Source: Catajapyx aquilonaris (taxonomy: Eukaryota). From it: a DNA stretch of 64,000 nt. The notes beneath the pieces are model-generated. The model was not told where the DNA came from. It did not search any database and saw only the letters and a list, made by a program, of their open reading frames with translations. The stretch lies in contig JYFJ02001138.1 in the NCBI GenBank assembly GCA_000934665.2, positions 1-64,000 on the forward strand, given 5' to 3'. How positions within the stretch are numbered: position 1 is the stretch's first letter; every line of letters begins with the position of its first letter. Below, piece after piece: positions 20,660 through 35,195 of this stretch. The translations under genes and the position numbers were made by a program.

Positions 20660-23600
20660 TTATCAGTATAGTAGCTGAGACTAATATTAGGCCGAACTAA
20701 TCCAATCAACCTCTGAACTGCATTTATACATTATTGTGAATGGCCTATTGGAACAATTGGCATCTACTTAAATGACAAACCACTTCGTGCAGGCCAGAGC
20801 TCCTTGCAGGCATTCAAAAGAATGGGTACACATATCGCATGTAATACCTTTGATCACCATTAAAAGAAACTATGCAAGAGTAACTGCTTGAAAATAAGCA
20901 ACTTAGTGCCAAATATAGCCATAGCAATCGGACAAATAAGCGAACTTTCGACCACCCTGTTTAGACGTCACATACACATTCAAGTGTGATGTCCAGTGGA
21001 CGTCATGAATGTCCAGTTTTGATGCCCCATAAACGGACTTTTATTGTAAATGGGTCTTGTTGACCTCTCATACACACTGATCTTATGAACCAGAATAATA
21101 ATTTCTCCTAATTTCCGTGGCTTCTAGATAGCCACAATTTTGATATGTGAATTTTGCAAAGGTACAACATTAAGTTCAGTATCTAATATTGTTAGTGCAT
21201 TCAGAGAATGGCATTTGCTTCACTAACGTCTTGTAATTGTCTATAATTATCATTGTTGACATAGACGTCATCACGACGTCAGTATAGACCTACCATATTC
21301 TTTGGTTTCAGCAGTAATATCTCAACTTGTGGAGGTATTTAGTTGGCACCCTCATGAACACCATTTGCACCAAAAATATTAGCCTCGAAGAAAAATTGGT
21401 CTCCTACATCCTTATCATCCTTAGAAGTATCATTTGGTTGACATCAGAGTGACAGTATACAGTGGATTATGTATAGATTACAACACTCAACCACTTCGAG
21501 CCATAAAAGAGAGTCGACCTGATGGAGTATGAACAGTCCAGCAGTCTCTGTGGGATATGTATGTCAATATCCTTGAAGACTACCCTATACATTTTAAGTC
21601 TTGCACGTGAAATTATACATAGTTATGGAATAATAATTGCAGCAAGTAAATAAAGCGCCAACTATTGTCAGAAGTTCATCACAATAGCCCTACGTCAGAA
21701 ATAACAAATTGTGGCCTTATCTAACCTTTTACTGACGGCTGTTGTTAACTACAGGTAGCTCTTAACGGTCAGGTGAAAGATTAGATGTTAGAAATACTTT
21801 GCATCTACTTTACTATAGAGAATTGCATCAGAGAGCGAAGAATGCCACAGTGCAGTGGTTAGTGCTGCCACCTAATAACAGAGCTCAGTAGTAGCTGACA
21901 ATACCATTGGTCCCCACATGTAGAGAGCAGAGAGTAGAAGCTCCTTCGATCCGATCTTATCTCGATGTATAGTGAATTTGTGGGAAATGTCACAAAACTA
22001 CACGACAAAAAGAAGTGTCATCATATTCCATATTTTCCAGGTGCACTTGTTCCCCATAGAGATATTTTTCAAAACTTGACATCTTGTCGTCAAAACTTTA
22101 CAGCCATTGGTAAAATTTGCTCTTACATTCCTTTTTCCTGCTGAACCAGTTGCTTAAAAAGAATACATGCTTCAGTTTTTATAAGTGCCTAATGTCAGCA
22201 TCATTTTGACAATAGCCCTTCCAATCAAGTTAGTCTACAATAACAATGCTAACAATGACGATGTCATTTGGCACTTATAATCAGAGTATAAAACCAACAG
22301 TGCCTTATTTAGGCTGGGGTGAGTGAACGACAGTGTATCCCGAACAAGAGGTTGATCCTTGTTATTCATTGTTGATAACAATGTTTGAAACAATGTATAA
22401 CAAGGTTCAACCGCCCAGTGTTTACTATCGATCACTCACCCGGCCCTTAAAATACAGGGGGATCCAAACTATACTTGTCCGATTACTATGGACATTTTTG
22501 GTACTAAGCTGCTTATTTTAAGCACCCTTGCATAGTTACTTTTAGTAGTTATCAAAATTATTAGTTAATATACTAATATTGTGTTGTATGAATCTATCCT
22601 TTAAAAAGCCTGCGCGGAAAAGGAGGTCTGACCTGAAAAAATATTGTCCCAACGGTCATTTTGCAGCCTGCAAAATGGATATATGATTCAATTCGTTCTA
22701 ATATTAGATACTAATATTAGTACTACTAATTGAATCACAATCAGTTACAAGCGTGATCTACTGAAGTGTCAAGAGTTTTTCCTAATAAATAAAATAACCT
22801 TCTAATAATATTAAATATAATTTAATACAAATACAATCTAATTATTATAGATTGTTGGATACCAGCAGCCGACGTCCGTCTCTCTCTTAGACCATGTGGA
22901 ACAGAAGTTAACTGATATATCGGTAGTTGCGGCCTACCTTCCCTGAGTTAAGTTGGCAATATTGTGTGCTAGTTTGTACCCGGAGGAATAGAGAAGAGCA
23001 GGCAGACACTCCTCCAATCTTTCCAACCATGAAGTGGCCATGACCCTGGAGCACATGCAATTTCCACCGATAAGATCTGAAATAATTTTATTTTCACACG
23101 ATTGGTAATTTAACTAGCTTAAATTTCATTTCAATTCTCATTGTTTCTATGCGAAGGTGTAACTATATGAGAAACTCTAACCAGGGTCCAACATTTTTTT
23201 AAGAGAGTCTGTATCAAGACTATTGTAAGAAAAAATATCCGATGTATAGGTATGTATAGGTATGTATATGTATGTATAGAGGTAATCACAAAAATGCAAA
23301 GTCTGACATAATCAGAGATATCCTCCCCATACATGCCGCAAATGTGAAGATTTTTACCTTCCCCCATACCACAGGTCCCGTCCTGATTATTCGCTATTCC
23401 GTCTCTTCCATATACCGGAAGCAGTGAATGGAAAAAAAAGAAAGACAAATGATTTTGGCATTGTGGAAATCACAGGCCGAATCCTGACAGAAGAAGGAAC
23501 TCCCCCCCCCCCCCCCCCNAAATCCTGAATATACCTGGTGTCTGGAGGGGTCGTAAGGTGGTGGGAGAGAGGTAGGATGGGGTAGCCGGTCCTTTCGCAC

Positions 23601-24701
23601 GGTTCCTTCTGTGGTCGCTCTGAAAAGCGTCCCTTTTAGAAGAAAGAGAGTGAGAGAGAGAGGAATAAAATATGGTTTCCTGGCTGCCATATAATAAGAG
23701 AAGGTTGCACAAGTGCAAACACCGCCAACACAACCATGCCCTTTTCCAGCTGACCCTCACCATGGGGTAACCCCCCTTTGCCACATCACTTCCAAACTTT
23801 CAGCATAAACCTAGCACCATAAGGTGCTATAAACACCATTAGATCAGGGTAGGCTCGCACAAGACGCGAATTACAAGGCATCGCGCCCAGTAATTTTTTA
23901 TGTAAACAAACACATGTTTAATTCATTGGGTGTATTACTCACTGTGGGCTTGACGTCCCCATCCCCATTTGAAATAAGGGGGCCCACGGCTATTTTTTTT
24001 TTTTTTTTAACAGGACTGGGCAAATTTTTCACCGCACTTTTTGAAGCGTTCCATGTCCACCCCTATACCTTTCGTGCCGGGCAATAATTATGCCGAGCAG
24101 ACAAGCGCAATTTATCTCTGCCTGATTTACACTGCCATTACCGGGTGCAAATTGCTTCCCCCTTCCTATACCCCCCTCAACTCTCCTTTAATCTCGGCGT
24201 GACGTCACATGTGCGTCACTGTAGTTGTCGATGAAGAGGTCGGGTGGGCCCCTTCTGTATAAGTGGGTACCAATGTCGCGAACAAGTTTGGTGTTCGGAT
24301 TAACCCGGGCAGTTAACAAGGTTCGGCAGGCTTTTCGGGGACGATCCTCGCCAGCTGGGGCTGGGTACACAAAATTTCAAAGTTTTAGGAGTTTGACCGT
24401 TATTTCTGTAGGGTACGGTCCTTATGGAGAATTTGCTTGTGTTACAGATGCTGATCGACAGTTAGGTAAGGTATCAGTGGTGATAGTAGACGACTGCAAC
24501 CTGTAATGTAGAAAATGTATGCCTCATACATGTTAGCTATTCGGGGATGTGCTATGCAGTGTCTGTAAAAAATATATTTCTGCCAGGAGTATCCTGGCAC
24601 TATGCAACCAACTTTCAGGTTTACCACACCTCTTGGATGAGTGATGATGGCTGCATCACTCCAAGATGTTTCTGGCCGAAACTTTTTTTTACAGAGAGTG
24701 C

Positions 24702-24810
24702 AGTGAAATGGTGTAGTGATTCAGATCACAACCTTCCCGGTCCTGAGTTCGATTCCCAGTGGTAATAGTTTGGGCTGTTTTCCTGTTTTCTCTTGATTCT
24801 CCTTGTGTAT
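24702..24810 (+). mobile_element. Old degenerate tRNA-SINE head
   Basis: TGGTGTAGTG A-box-like and GGTCCTGAGTTCGATTCCC B-box, no intact cloverleaf. Confidence 0.45.
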
Positions 24811-27800
24811 ACATGTAGGCCTATTATAGACAAATTATTGTGAGTATTCGTTCTGGCGCAAATTCTGTGAGGGCCACTACCTGCTTATTCCTCACTTGCC
24901 ATAAGTGAGGCATGTGGCACGGGAAGTGACCAATGTCCACAATAACATACATCAACCTCTTAAATAGTTCGCTCAAGCATCACTTTTTGGCCTAAACTCC
25001 TGAAAACTGTTCCATAGAACTTACCTGTACCTAACCGGTTCATACGGTATCCCCCCCCTTTTTTTGCTTCCAAAAGCAAAAAGGCAGCTCGAAGACGACG
25101 TAAACAAATGAGTGGTAGTCAGTGGCATGTAGAGCCACTTTATCAATTTGCCACGTCCAGAAATTAATAATTGTGCTTCCCGCGCAGGGGCCGAAATAGG
25201 TCTCCCCCATTAGCATTCGGAGCGCTGGATAAACAGTTCTGAACCTGCGGCAAACCCACCCACCCACCAGCCAGATTGTTATTAATCGTGGGCCAATTGC
25301 TCAAAGAATCTACCGTTCCCTACTTCGACCCCCGGCCCCGTCTCTCTTATTCTTGCCCACCCACCTTACTTCAGTATTCCAGGTGAGTAGTTGGAGGGGG
25401 ACTCTTCAACCCCAATTGTCACGGGAATTTAATTAGGGCCCGCCAAGTTACAAGGAGGAAAAATGAGCGACACCTGTGAGAGGCGTGAAATCCCATTTAC
25501 AGGGGGGTTGGGAAACCTGCACGGTTTGCATATCTTATTCATCATTCCAACATCCCCTCTTCCCTGCTGCTGCTCCTGGCTCTTCCTTATTACTAATCCA
25601 AACCTACGGGAATTCAATACACATACTGCATAATTGATCCGAACAAAAAAAAAAAGAAAATCAGGATTGACCTACTCAGTGTTTATACTGGGGCTCCCCT
25701 CTGTTAGTACATGGGCTAATGATTGCGACAATGAAATGTTGCACCGTAGGCGTTAACAATGGCCGGAATGGTACCTTCATTTAACACTTGGCTTGCTTTG
25801 AATTGTAATGCAGCAGGCAGGTATTATTTGATGCATCGGTGCTATACATCAGGTGCACAATAGAAGCTGGATCGGGAAACAAGAGTTGTTGCGACTGAAA
25901 TTTTCATTTACATTTCATTTTGATCCGATTCATTGGACTATGAACCGGTGATTTTTTTTAGGCAACCGGGGGATTGAACCATTTTGGAAATAATCCGGGT
26001 CACAAAAGAGTAAGAAGCTAATGGGGGGGAGGAAGGGGGATTTGCCTCCAATGCTGCAACCACCTGTGAAGGGCTTATACTTTTGTTCCGTCTCCAAACC
26101 TACCATCATTTGTCCAGTTCAACAACAGTGTAAATTCCAACAGTTGTCGACGCACCCATCATATACAAACAGGCGTGGGTTAACTAAACTGCAAACATGT
26201 GTGAGAAGCTAGCGTGCAAATCATCCTACACGCGCCTTTTTCCCCTGAGCAACCATCCCCCACGGTGCTGATTATACCCGCGAACAAGTAGACAGCCGCA
26301 AGCAAAGCACCCAGTGGGTATATGGATGGGTGAGGGTTCCGGAACCCCGTAAATCAATTGCTCTCACCCCTCCATTTCACGCCAGTTGGCTTGGAAAATT
26401 TTCCCCTCCTCCTCCACCTCTTCTCCCTCATTCTCCTCCATCCCACCTCTTCTCCTCTTTCTCATAACGCGTCCTTTTGCCTGCCGCAGCCCGCCCAAAC
26501 CATTATGGCTCTGCATAATTCATAACCTAGAGGCGCACGCCTCAGGGGGGGGGTTGCTTTTGCGGCTACCGTGCCTTTTCACCATTCCAGGAAAAGGACC
26601 CCTCCACATCTAATATAACGGAACTGAAAGTTGCAATCAGATGGACCCCGTTAGTTTTAGGGTTGAGTTGATTTCTGAATTACTTCCAGCACACCCTGTG
26701 GTGAGACGAGCGTTTGGTTTGAGGGCGGTAAAAGCCAAGTGTTTGGGGTTCCTTGGTCCAAAGTGGTGGTTTTGAAGGAGAGGTTAGTGTTTACGGAAAA
26801 CTTGGCCCGAGTTTGACCCGTGGAAAGCCTATGCGGGCAGACAGGTAAGGTGAGAGCCTAGTGGTGGCTGTCAACGCAGGGCATGTCCCACCTCCTGCCT
26901 CCCAGTTCCCCAAAAACCAAAAGCCCCCCGAAGTGCCCCCTCCAGTCCAGTTTTTGCCTGAATGCTCGCACCAGGCGCTGCTGTGGAAACAAGATTATTC
27001 GCAGCGCCAAAACAAGCTCCCGTCCAGGAAAATATTTAGGTTGACTGGATGACTGCTTCCCAACCCCAGCGTGTTTGTATTTCCCTCTTCCAAGTCCTCC
27101 TCGCAGATTACAGCCTATTAGCCCACCCCTGGAATGCAACATTGCACCAGCCGCCATTTGGTTTCAATCAAGTTGATGGTCCAGATTGTCTCCAGCACAT
27201 GTTGCTACTGTGGTGTGATTGTAACAATGCTGGAATAAGCCGTTGATAGCCTCAGGCAAGTCTGAGGGGTGGGTGCTGTAACAGCAGCAGCAGCAGCAGC
27301 AGGCTACCCCCTTTGGCGTGGGTTCCAGCAGCCAGCCATCATATATCCTGCTGCACCCATGCAGTTGATGGACAAGCCTGGGAGCCAAACACGCCTGATT
27401 GTAGCAATGGACGGCATACAAGCAGCAGCGGCGGTGGGGTCTCCCATTTCAATATGAATGGGGCGTGTCTGCCCCCACCGTCCCATCTGAAGCTTCAGAT
27501 CGGATGTATGCCCGCCCTTTGTGCTGCCCTTCCATTGCCACCGCCACTGAGAGCGCCTCTTTGCCACCTTCTGCCTGGCTACCGGATCCTCTTTCACTTA
27601 CTGGCCTCCAGCACATACGCCGATCGACGGTTGTAACTGCCTGTAGCATGTGTTGCATAGGATATATCTTCAAGAAGTCAACAACCATTTTTGAGGTGGA
27701 CCCCCCAAAAATTGAATAAAAATCGCATTAGTTAAAGAAGGGAGGGAGGGGAGGAGTTTATGCAAATCAGTGGCAAGGTAAGGTTGCGGATTTGGCATGA

Positions 27801-28829
27801 GAGTCCCTTAAGGCTCCAAGCTAAGCTCTTGAACACACACACTCAGGTATCCTATACACACTCCGGTCAGGCCGCTAATCCGCCTAGATCTAGCTTTTAT
27901 AAGTGATCGCATGATGCCGCCCTAACAACAACAGACCTCCAGCAAGAAATTAATCCATTTGCATAGCAAGAAGCATCTTTTTGCCATGCCGCTCCCGCTG
28001 CTTCCTATACCTTTTTTTTCTCTTCGCCTTATGGAAATACAGGATTGTGACACCAATGATACAGTTGTAATTGGAAAAGGGGGGGAGGGGTGTTGGGTGA
28101 CACTGGTCTGATCCAAAATCCTTGGTTAACAACTAGGTTTTGTATGTGTTTGGGAGTGGAGGGGGTTTGGGTCGGCAATCAGAATTCGGTTGGAATTGCT
28201 GAAAAAGTCCCGGTGGCACAGGGCGCATAAGCCATGTCCCTCCATTGTTAGGTCAGCAATGCCATCAGATCCCTGCAACCCCCCCTCTCTTCGGTTCCCA
28301 AAAGCTGTTGGGCAAACAGCAGAGATCCCTCCATAGCCGCCAGCATGGGTCTTCTGGAGGCGCTATACATACACTCTGATGCTGGCACACCCTCAGGCTT
28401 TAGTTAGATCTGGCCCCAGCTATCCTGTTTTATAACAATTAGCACCCCCTCCACTTTGTAACGGATTAGTAACATTCAAGCCGTGGTTGGTGACATGACC
28501 TTTCTCTAATACCATAAAAACAAAAACACCTAGGTGTAAGCAACCCCCNCCCCCTTGAAAAGAGGGCCAAGGTGGCCATGAGTCCCTCAAGGACAGTGGC
28601 GACACACAGTGGCCAGATCAGCACCCCTATATTTTGGCGTCACCCTTAATTTAGCCCCGGGGCGCACACCGGGGCTCCACACCTCCACACAAAAGACCAT
28701 GTTCAAACCCCCCCTCTATTATTTTTTATAAAAAAAAACTGAACCAGCCAGCTGCAATTTTTAGGTCGTCCCTTACAGAGGGTTGGTCCAACCTGGCTAT
28801 CAGACCCACCCCGCCAAAAATTACATCCA

Positions 28830-29222
28830 AGCTCCGCCCATTCAGCCCAACAGTGGGCGTCGCCTTGGATCCTCCAGATTCGGACCAATCAGGAAGCAGG
28901 AGCCGGATTCCTCTAACGATCCGGACTTGTCGGCGATACTGTAACAATTCAATGTGGTCGAGCAGAGATGGTCAACAGCCGCATCCCCCTCTAATCCCTT
29001 CCGAACACTATTTGAAAACAACCCCCCATCCTCCATCCCTCCCCCTCTCCATTCCCTATCTATTTTTGGTCTACCCTCCTCCTCCACCTCCTCCCTCCCC
29101 CTCTTTTCCACACTGGCTTCCTTGGACTCTTCGGATTTCTGCAAACTTGGAACCTGAGCGGCTTAAGCTAACTTAAAGCCCTCTGGTTGAGCCAAAAAGG
29201 CGGACAAAACCCAACCCCCAAG
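28830..29222 (+). promoter_or_regulatory. Candidate distal promoter and non-coding first exon (possibly of Otx)
   Basis: GC boxes (CCGCCC), CCAAT at ~28885, TAATCC at 28992, strong donor AG|GTGAGT at 29222/29223, then a shift to T-rich intron-like sequence. Confidence 0.45.
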
Positions 29223-32200
29223 GTGAGTAGCGCAGCCTATCTCTTCCTCACTTGTGTGTGATGCCTATGCTGGTACTTGTAGTGTGTGTGCTGGGTTAGG
29301 GGACAGTTGTCGCGGTTCATGTCCTCTTTTGTGTCAGTGTGTCCGGTTTGGGTCGGATGGACGGTACTCCTGGTGGGATTTTATGAGTTTAAGGTTCAAT
29401 TTTTGATGTGGTGGTTTGGTGACTTGTGTGGGGTAAGTGATTTCAAATATTTTAGATTATTATGAACGAGTAATTAATATAAATCATGCATGTAATAGTT
29501 GCCCACATCTGTACTGGTTGGATACCAAAATTAGTTGGTGATTTTGTACTAATATTGCATGGAAAAATGTAGGCCGTGAATAAGTTTTTGAGTGATCATG
29601 CTAATAGTGCGGGGGGGGGGGTCCCCGGTCAATCCAAGTGCCGCTTTTACCTGGGTAGGATTTGTATTTCATTCGCGATTTTAAATGCTTCATTATACGT
29701 GTGGTGATTGCGAGTTTAGTGAGGACCACCAGGTATAATGGAATGGTCAACAAATCCTGTTTACTTATTTTTATCAGTCCAGTTGTTTAGGCTTAACATC
29801 AGCTATACCCCAGTGCCAACAAGCCTTGTCAAATTAGAGTGAAAATTAAATAAATAAACTGCTAAACCGTACTAGTTTTAAGTAACTCGTGACTGTTATG
29901 AATTTGCGTGCAGTGGTATTTTGTGACATGGCAATTCAAAAACGCAACGGCTTCACAGGAATTTTCAATGCATGGCCTATATTCTACTCATTACTTATTC
30001 AACATGCGACTCTGTTCAAATTGACCTATGAACTATTCAGTTCATATAAGTATAGATAATTCTCTAGTGCTCACGACTGATGCGAAATATAGTTTTATCC
30101 CAATGCAACAAACGTTCATATAATATAGAAATTGTTAGGACAATTTGGTAGGCCTAATATTTGTTATGAAAGTATAACTGGCCAGTGTTTCCCGCAATGC
30201 TTTGCTATGAACAGCAGCCATCAGCCAGACGGCTATATTTAAGTAACATACACTATACAGAAATTGAACCATAAGATCTTGCAAATAATATGACTGGAAA
30301 TAGTAGACTATTTATTTGTATAACTGATATTAGTAGACTACCTATTGAAAATATAAATTATGTGTAATTCTCCAAAGAAATGCCTGCGTTTTAGCAACAA
30401 CTGCATTGCTATAACTTCCGTTCAATCAGAGTTGCTGCAGAAAAAGATGATTCAGTAAGTCACATCAATTTCGAGAAAAAGGTAGCAGGAAGCTACCCGA
30501 CTTCTTTGTGTCCTCCCTTACACATAAATGTGCCAAATCTTCTAGTTATAATTTTTTGAGTGGCCGTCTTCCAGGGATTTCTAGATGATAAATTAAACTA
30601 AAGGGAGTCAGGTGGCTGTATTAATATTTGCCCACCTATATGCTTCTTTAATTAATATTATGTGGGCCTATCATTACATGCACGTACCTGGAAATATTCT
30701 TGAAATAATAATATTGCATCATTGTTGGAGAAACTTGGACTCCGCGTCAGCAACAGCGTTGCTTGGCGGCATGTCCGGAAACAACATAATAATACTTGCT
30801 AATCACATTATTGCACAGACATGCCGAAATTAAATCAGTAAGGCACTAATTATTGTTATTGCATTCCTAATTTCCCATGCAATACTTTGCGTTATCATTG
30901 AATATGGAACACAATCCTAATTGTATTGTTACCCGACACAATCTGACGGCAGCGTGCGGCTCGAGGGACACGGCAGTATATTTGCGGGGGAAATTATTTT
31001 ACCGGTCACATACGATTTATTATAAATATTAAATGAATACGTGACGTCATAAACACCGGCGCCTTGCACAAGCATGCCATGCTGCACATTTGGCTGAAAT
31101 TTAAAATTAGAATAAAGCGGCATGGCGTACATAATATTGCGGTGATGATGCTGATCAGCACATTGATGATTCACACTTTACAATTAGAAATAAAGTTACC
31201 AAAGGAAGATTATTTCACAACAGTAACCTATCTGTATATCAAAATAGACTCCGACAGTCATCATACACATGCAGAAAATTTGAATTGGCAATTTCATTTT
31301 AAATTTAAAATAGGCCTAAATCAAATAAAAATGCTCACATTCCTCATTCCTTATAGGATCGATATCCTCTGAATAATCACATTTATGTACAGTGGTCCAC
31401 GGGAAATGTATGTTTGAAATAATGAGTACGAGTCATGCACTTTATTAGAGGCAGTTTTTTTTAACACGTAATTCTTGATAATCGCGTGGTACATTAATGT
31501 TGTAGTTACTAAATAGGGTCAATTAGCATGTATAATATTTTGAACCATGCTTTTAACAGCTGATACTTGTGATCTTAATCCTATTAACAGTTAGGCCGTC
31601 AAATTTACCTAAATCTTCTGAGACTTTTGGGGGCAGAAGAGGTCACGGCTTAAAATAGACGACCACTTCATGTTGTAGCTGCACTATCCAAATCTTGACA
31701 TGCTGATATCCTAATATGCATACGAGAGTACGATGCCTGAGACACATGTAATTCTCAATGTAATGTCAATAAACACCGTATGGTTTCAATTAGCCGGATT
31801 TTTCTTGCATCTCGTCTCACAATTTCTTACTATTTTAATCGGCAAAGGTCAGAAAGCAATGACTTTGTGTGCTGACCGTTTTAACCAGATAGAGGCAGCA
31901 AGGATGCACCTGCCTCGTTATAGGTTATACACTGACATGTCATGCTAACCTAAGGTATTAAAAATAAATTATGTCCAAGTCAAACCTTTCATCCCGTTTT
32001 GGATACGCCAAACAAGCAACTTTTGGGGAAATGCTAATGAGTGTTACTGAAGGTATTAATTATTAGATGTGCTAAATAAACTGATTATTTATGCTAAATC
32101 GTCACCATCAGCGTGTTATTATGCGGGTATACTGTATATGATTACGCCACGGTATATTATTGAACATATCTGACATTATAATTGATCACATTCTGTCCAA

Positions 32201-34712
32201 TGCGTAAGTTTTCGACATATGCACTGTACATTATTCGGCCTGCAAAAGGTGCTGAGGATATGACAACAGTTACATGATTGCCCTATATGGGCCATAGGTA
32301 TAGAGGATTTTGCTGTTCCTTTTGTCCCTCCAGCAAAAGTTGAGGAAATGTCCCCAGATATATTGCAATGTTGCTATCATATCATTATTATGCTCTTTAA
32401 TTTCACCATAGGCTTATGCAATCTCATCAAAAAGGCTTAACTCACGCTAGTCACGCAGTCAAAATTAAAATATGTTTAAAAAAAACTATACTACAGGCTT
32501 CTTGCTTGACACACTCGGTTTACATGCGCTAGCACAGCAACCAACCAATTTCCAAAAATGGCTGGGGTCATGATGCTATTGGTCCTCTTGCGGTTGGTGG
32601 AACATAATATTGATTCCTTCCTCCACCTCCCTCTCCCCCCATCCACACTCCCCCCCCCCCTCTCTCAAACTACCACCCACCATGTTTCTCGCCCAGATAT
32701 CAGTGACCTATTGGTGTTTTATTCCGCCCAACAGGTGAACTGCTCATGTACTCATCTCGGATCCAACACCAGGCCGTAACTGCCCAACACCTCTAGTGTC
32801 ACCCACTTGTCCTGGTAAGTCGCCAAAAATATCTGCATCAAATTATTATTTTTTGTACTATAGGCTACATACCCCACAATGCCGGTTATGATATGCATGT
32901 AGGTTACATGCCTCATATTTGACGCATGAGAACGTCCATTTAGTACAAATTTTTGCTCATTAAGTGGTCCGTTGCCGCTACATGACCCCCACGAGAACAC
33001 ACAGTGAACATTATTGAGGTGCAATCCATGTCCCATTTTTTTGTGCATATCTGGACTGTACAGTTAATCTAAAATAGAAACCCCTGTTGCACGAAGAAAA
33101 ATTTGGTGACTAGCCATAATGAATCGTTTCCTTCATCGTATACAGACAGGGCTTAATATTTGGAAAAACGAATCTCATTGAACCGAGTTAGCATCAACGT
33201 CTGTCCATCCATCCATTTCTGCTATCCTCCCCTCTTTTCCCCCCTTCTTGTATATACAGTATACTGTGGAGGACCTTTGGTCCCACGGGGGAGGAGAAGC
33301 AATTAGTTAGTTGTTTCCTGCAGCTCCCTAACCCCAAACAAACTTTCAAACTCCGCCTCCGCAACGGAAGCTGGAGAATGACCGCGGCACGTGACCTGCC
33401 TCCACAATCATTTTCCGGGTTTAGCTTCGGGTCAAAGTTGAGATTGGAGCTGGGTAAGGATATTTTTCTTTTCTGATATATGCAATGGTGTTTGACCAGT
33501 AAGAAACAGTTTATTTGGGCCAAGGCGTGTAATTTCAGTCTGTATCGCCAGATGTCAACGGGTATCCAGACCGTATCTAGACGATGGTACATAAATTTAC
33601 CACAAACTACTCAGGTCCGTCCGGTCGTAATCAAGCGATGCGAAAGATACGTGGCGAAACTTCTTTATGAACATAGCGGTAGACATACGCTGTATAAGCA
33701 TATACCTGTTGTGTATAAAGTTCTTGTAACATATATTCGGATTGTGCCGTACGAGTGGAACGTATTATGGAAAGAATGGAGCGAACTATACAGTGCAGGT
33801 TTATGTGTCCGACGATTGTTAGGTATAGGCCGGTCTTTGAGAAGCGAAACTGGTACTATAGCTTTCTCGTTTGAGGTCTTTTCATTTCATTCAGTGCCGA
33901 CTGTATAAAAAGAAGGCTCAGGAGTTGGAGGACCAAAAGCATCTGCATCGTTGCCCTTCCACCTTGAGGCCTATTAATTTCCTAGTCCGCTTTTGTGCAC
34001 AGGGGTCGTTTCAACTGGACTGCGGCGCAGGGACACTCTTATACAACTCGGGCTATATACGCTATTCACGTTATTTCTCCCTCTCACATATGTGTTCAGG
34101 ATTTAACATAACACAACAGGTTACTATAGGCGAAAAATACCAATAGCGTTTTATGGCCATCGTAGCGTACCTGCTATTTTATGAAGTGAGTGTAGAGTGA
34201 ATGAGACATTTTTACTATTCAAAAAATAGGCATGCAAAAAAAATTAAATAAATGATGTCCAGCACGCTGATCTTTTCGTGATATACCGGTATAGGGCCTA
34301 CTGCGGACATAGGCTCTATATACTTTGTCGGTATGAACTGTAAAGCTATCATTAGAAATAATACTCTGTAGGAGAGCCGATTAGGCCAATACTATAGGGC
34401 TGTATCATCAAATGCTCACGACCAAAATGACAATAATTTTATATTATAGGCCTACTCTCATTAATTTGTACCATTTAACGGTAGGGTGTATAGTGGCTTT
34501 CCTAAGTGGTCAGATGCTATGTGTAAAACATCACAAAGAATATAACTTTTTATTGTACGTACTTACTATCAGACAAATGTTACTTACTGTTTATTTGTAA
34601 TAATTATTTGTGTTAATTGTGAAATTCACAGCGTAATTGTTCGGACATTGGCGCCCATGCAGGATAGTTATTCCAAAGCCCCATGCCAAAAAAATATGCT
34701 GACTCCCTAACG

Positions 34713-34926
34713 CAGTGGTTTCCAACCTTTTACCAACTGCGACCCCCTAAACATGTTTCCATAAATGTGCGACCCCCCCCCCCCGGCCCCTTCTACAACT
34801 GACCCATTTCCAGAAAACATACACTCTGTACGGCGGCAAAAATGGTTCAATTTACACAGAAATTGGAGAAAAAAAAGTTGAACAAATGCTCGCGACCCCC
34901 CTCGACCCCCAGGTTGGAAACCACTG
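34713..34926. mobile_element. hAT (Charlie-like) MITE with 8-bp TSD
   Basis: TIR CAGTGGTTTCCAACCT / AGGTTGGAAACCACTG; TSD CCCTAACG at 34705-34712 and 34927-34934. Confidence 0.92.
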
Positions 34927-34977
34927 CCCTAACGGCAACTGATATATGGATTAATATACAATATTTAACACGATAAA

Positions 34978-35195
34978 GGGTGGCACGGTGGTGTAGTGTG
35001 GCTAGCCCTACAGCCTCTGAGGTCTTGAGTTTTATCTCCTGATCCAACAAAGGACACTTCCATGTGGAAATAACGTTGATGGGCTCTCTCCGTGTTCGCG
35101 TGGGTTTTCTCGGGGGTCAACGGGGTCTTCGCATATCCTCCCACTCTCAAAATCCATCACAGTGCAGGCAATGAATAGAGTCGAGTGTTGAAAAA
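34978..35195 (+). mobile_element. Degenerate SINE family A copy lacking its tail
   Basis: CTCTCCGTGTTCGCGTGGGTTTTCTCGGG...CCTCCCACT.TCAAAATCCATCACAGTGCAGGCAATG aligns with the other copies. Confidence 0.85.

Noticed and set aside
22179..22281. Imperfect hairpin as a candidate pre-miRNA
   Set aside because: Short, mismatched arms with a long loop; more likely a decayed MITE; no known mature miRNA recognised
33480..33908. 142-aa ORF
   Set aside because: No recognisable domain or splice-compatible partner exons; consistent with chance
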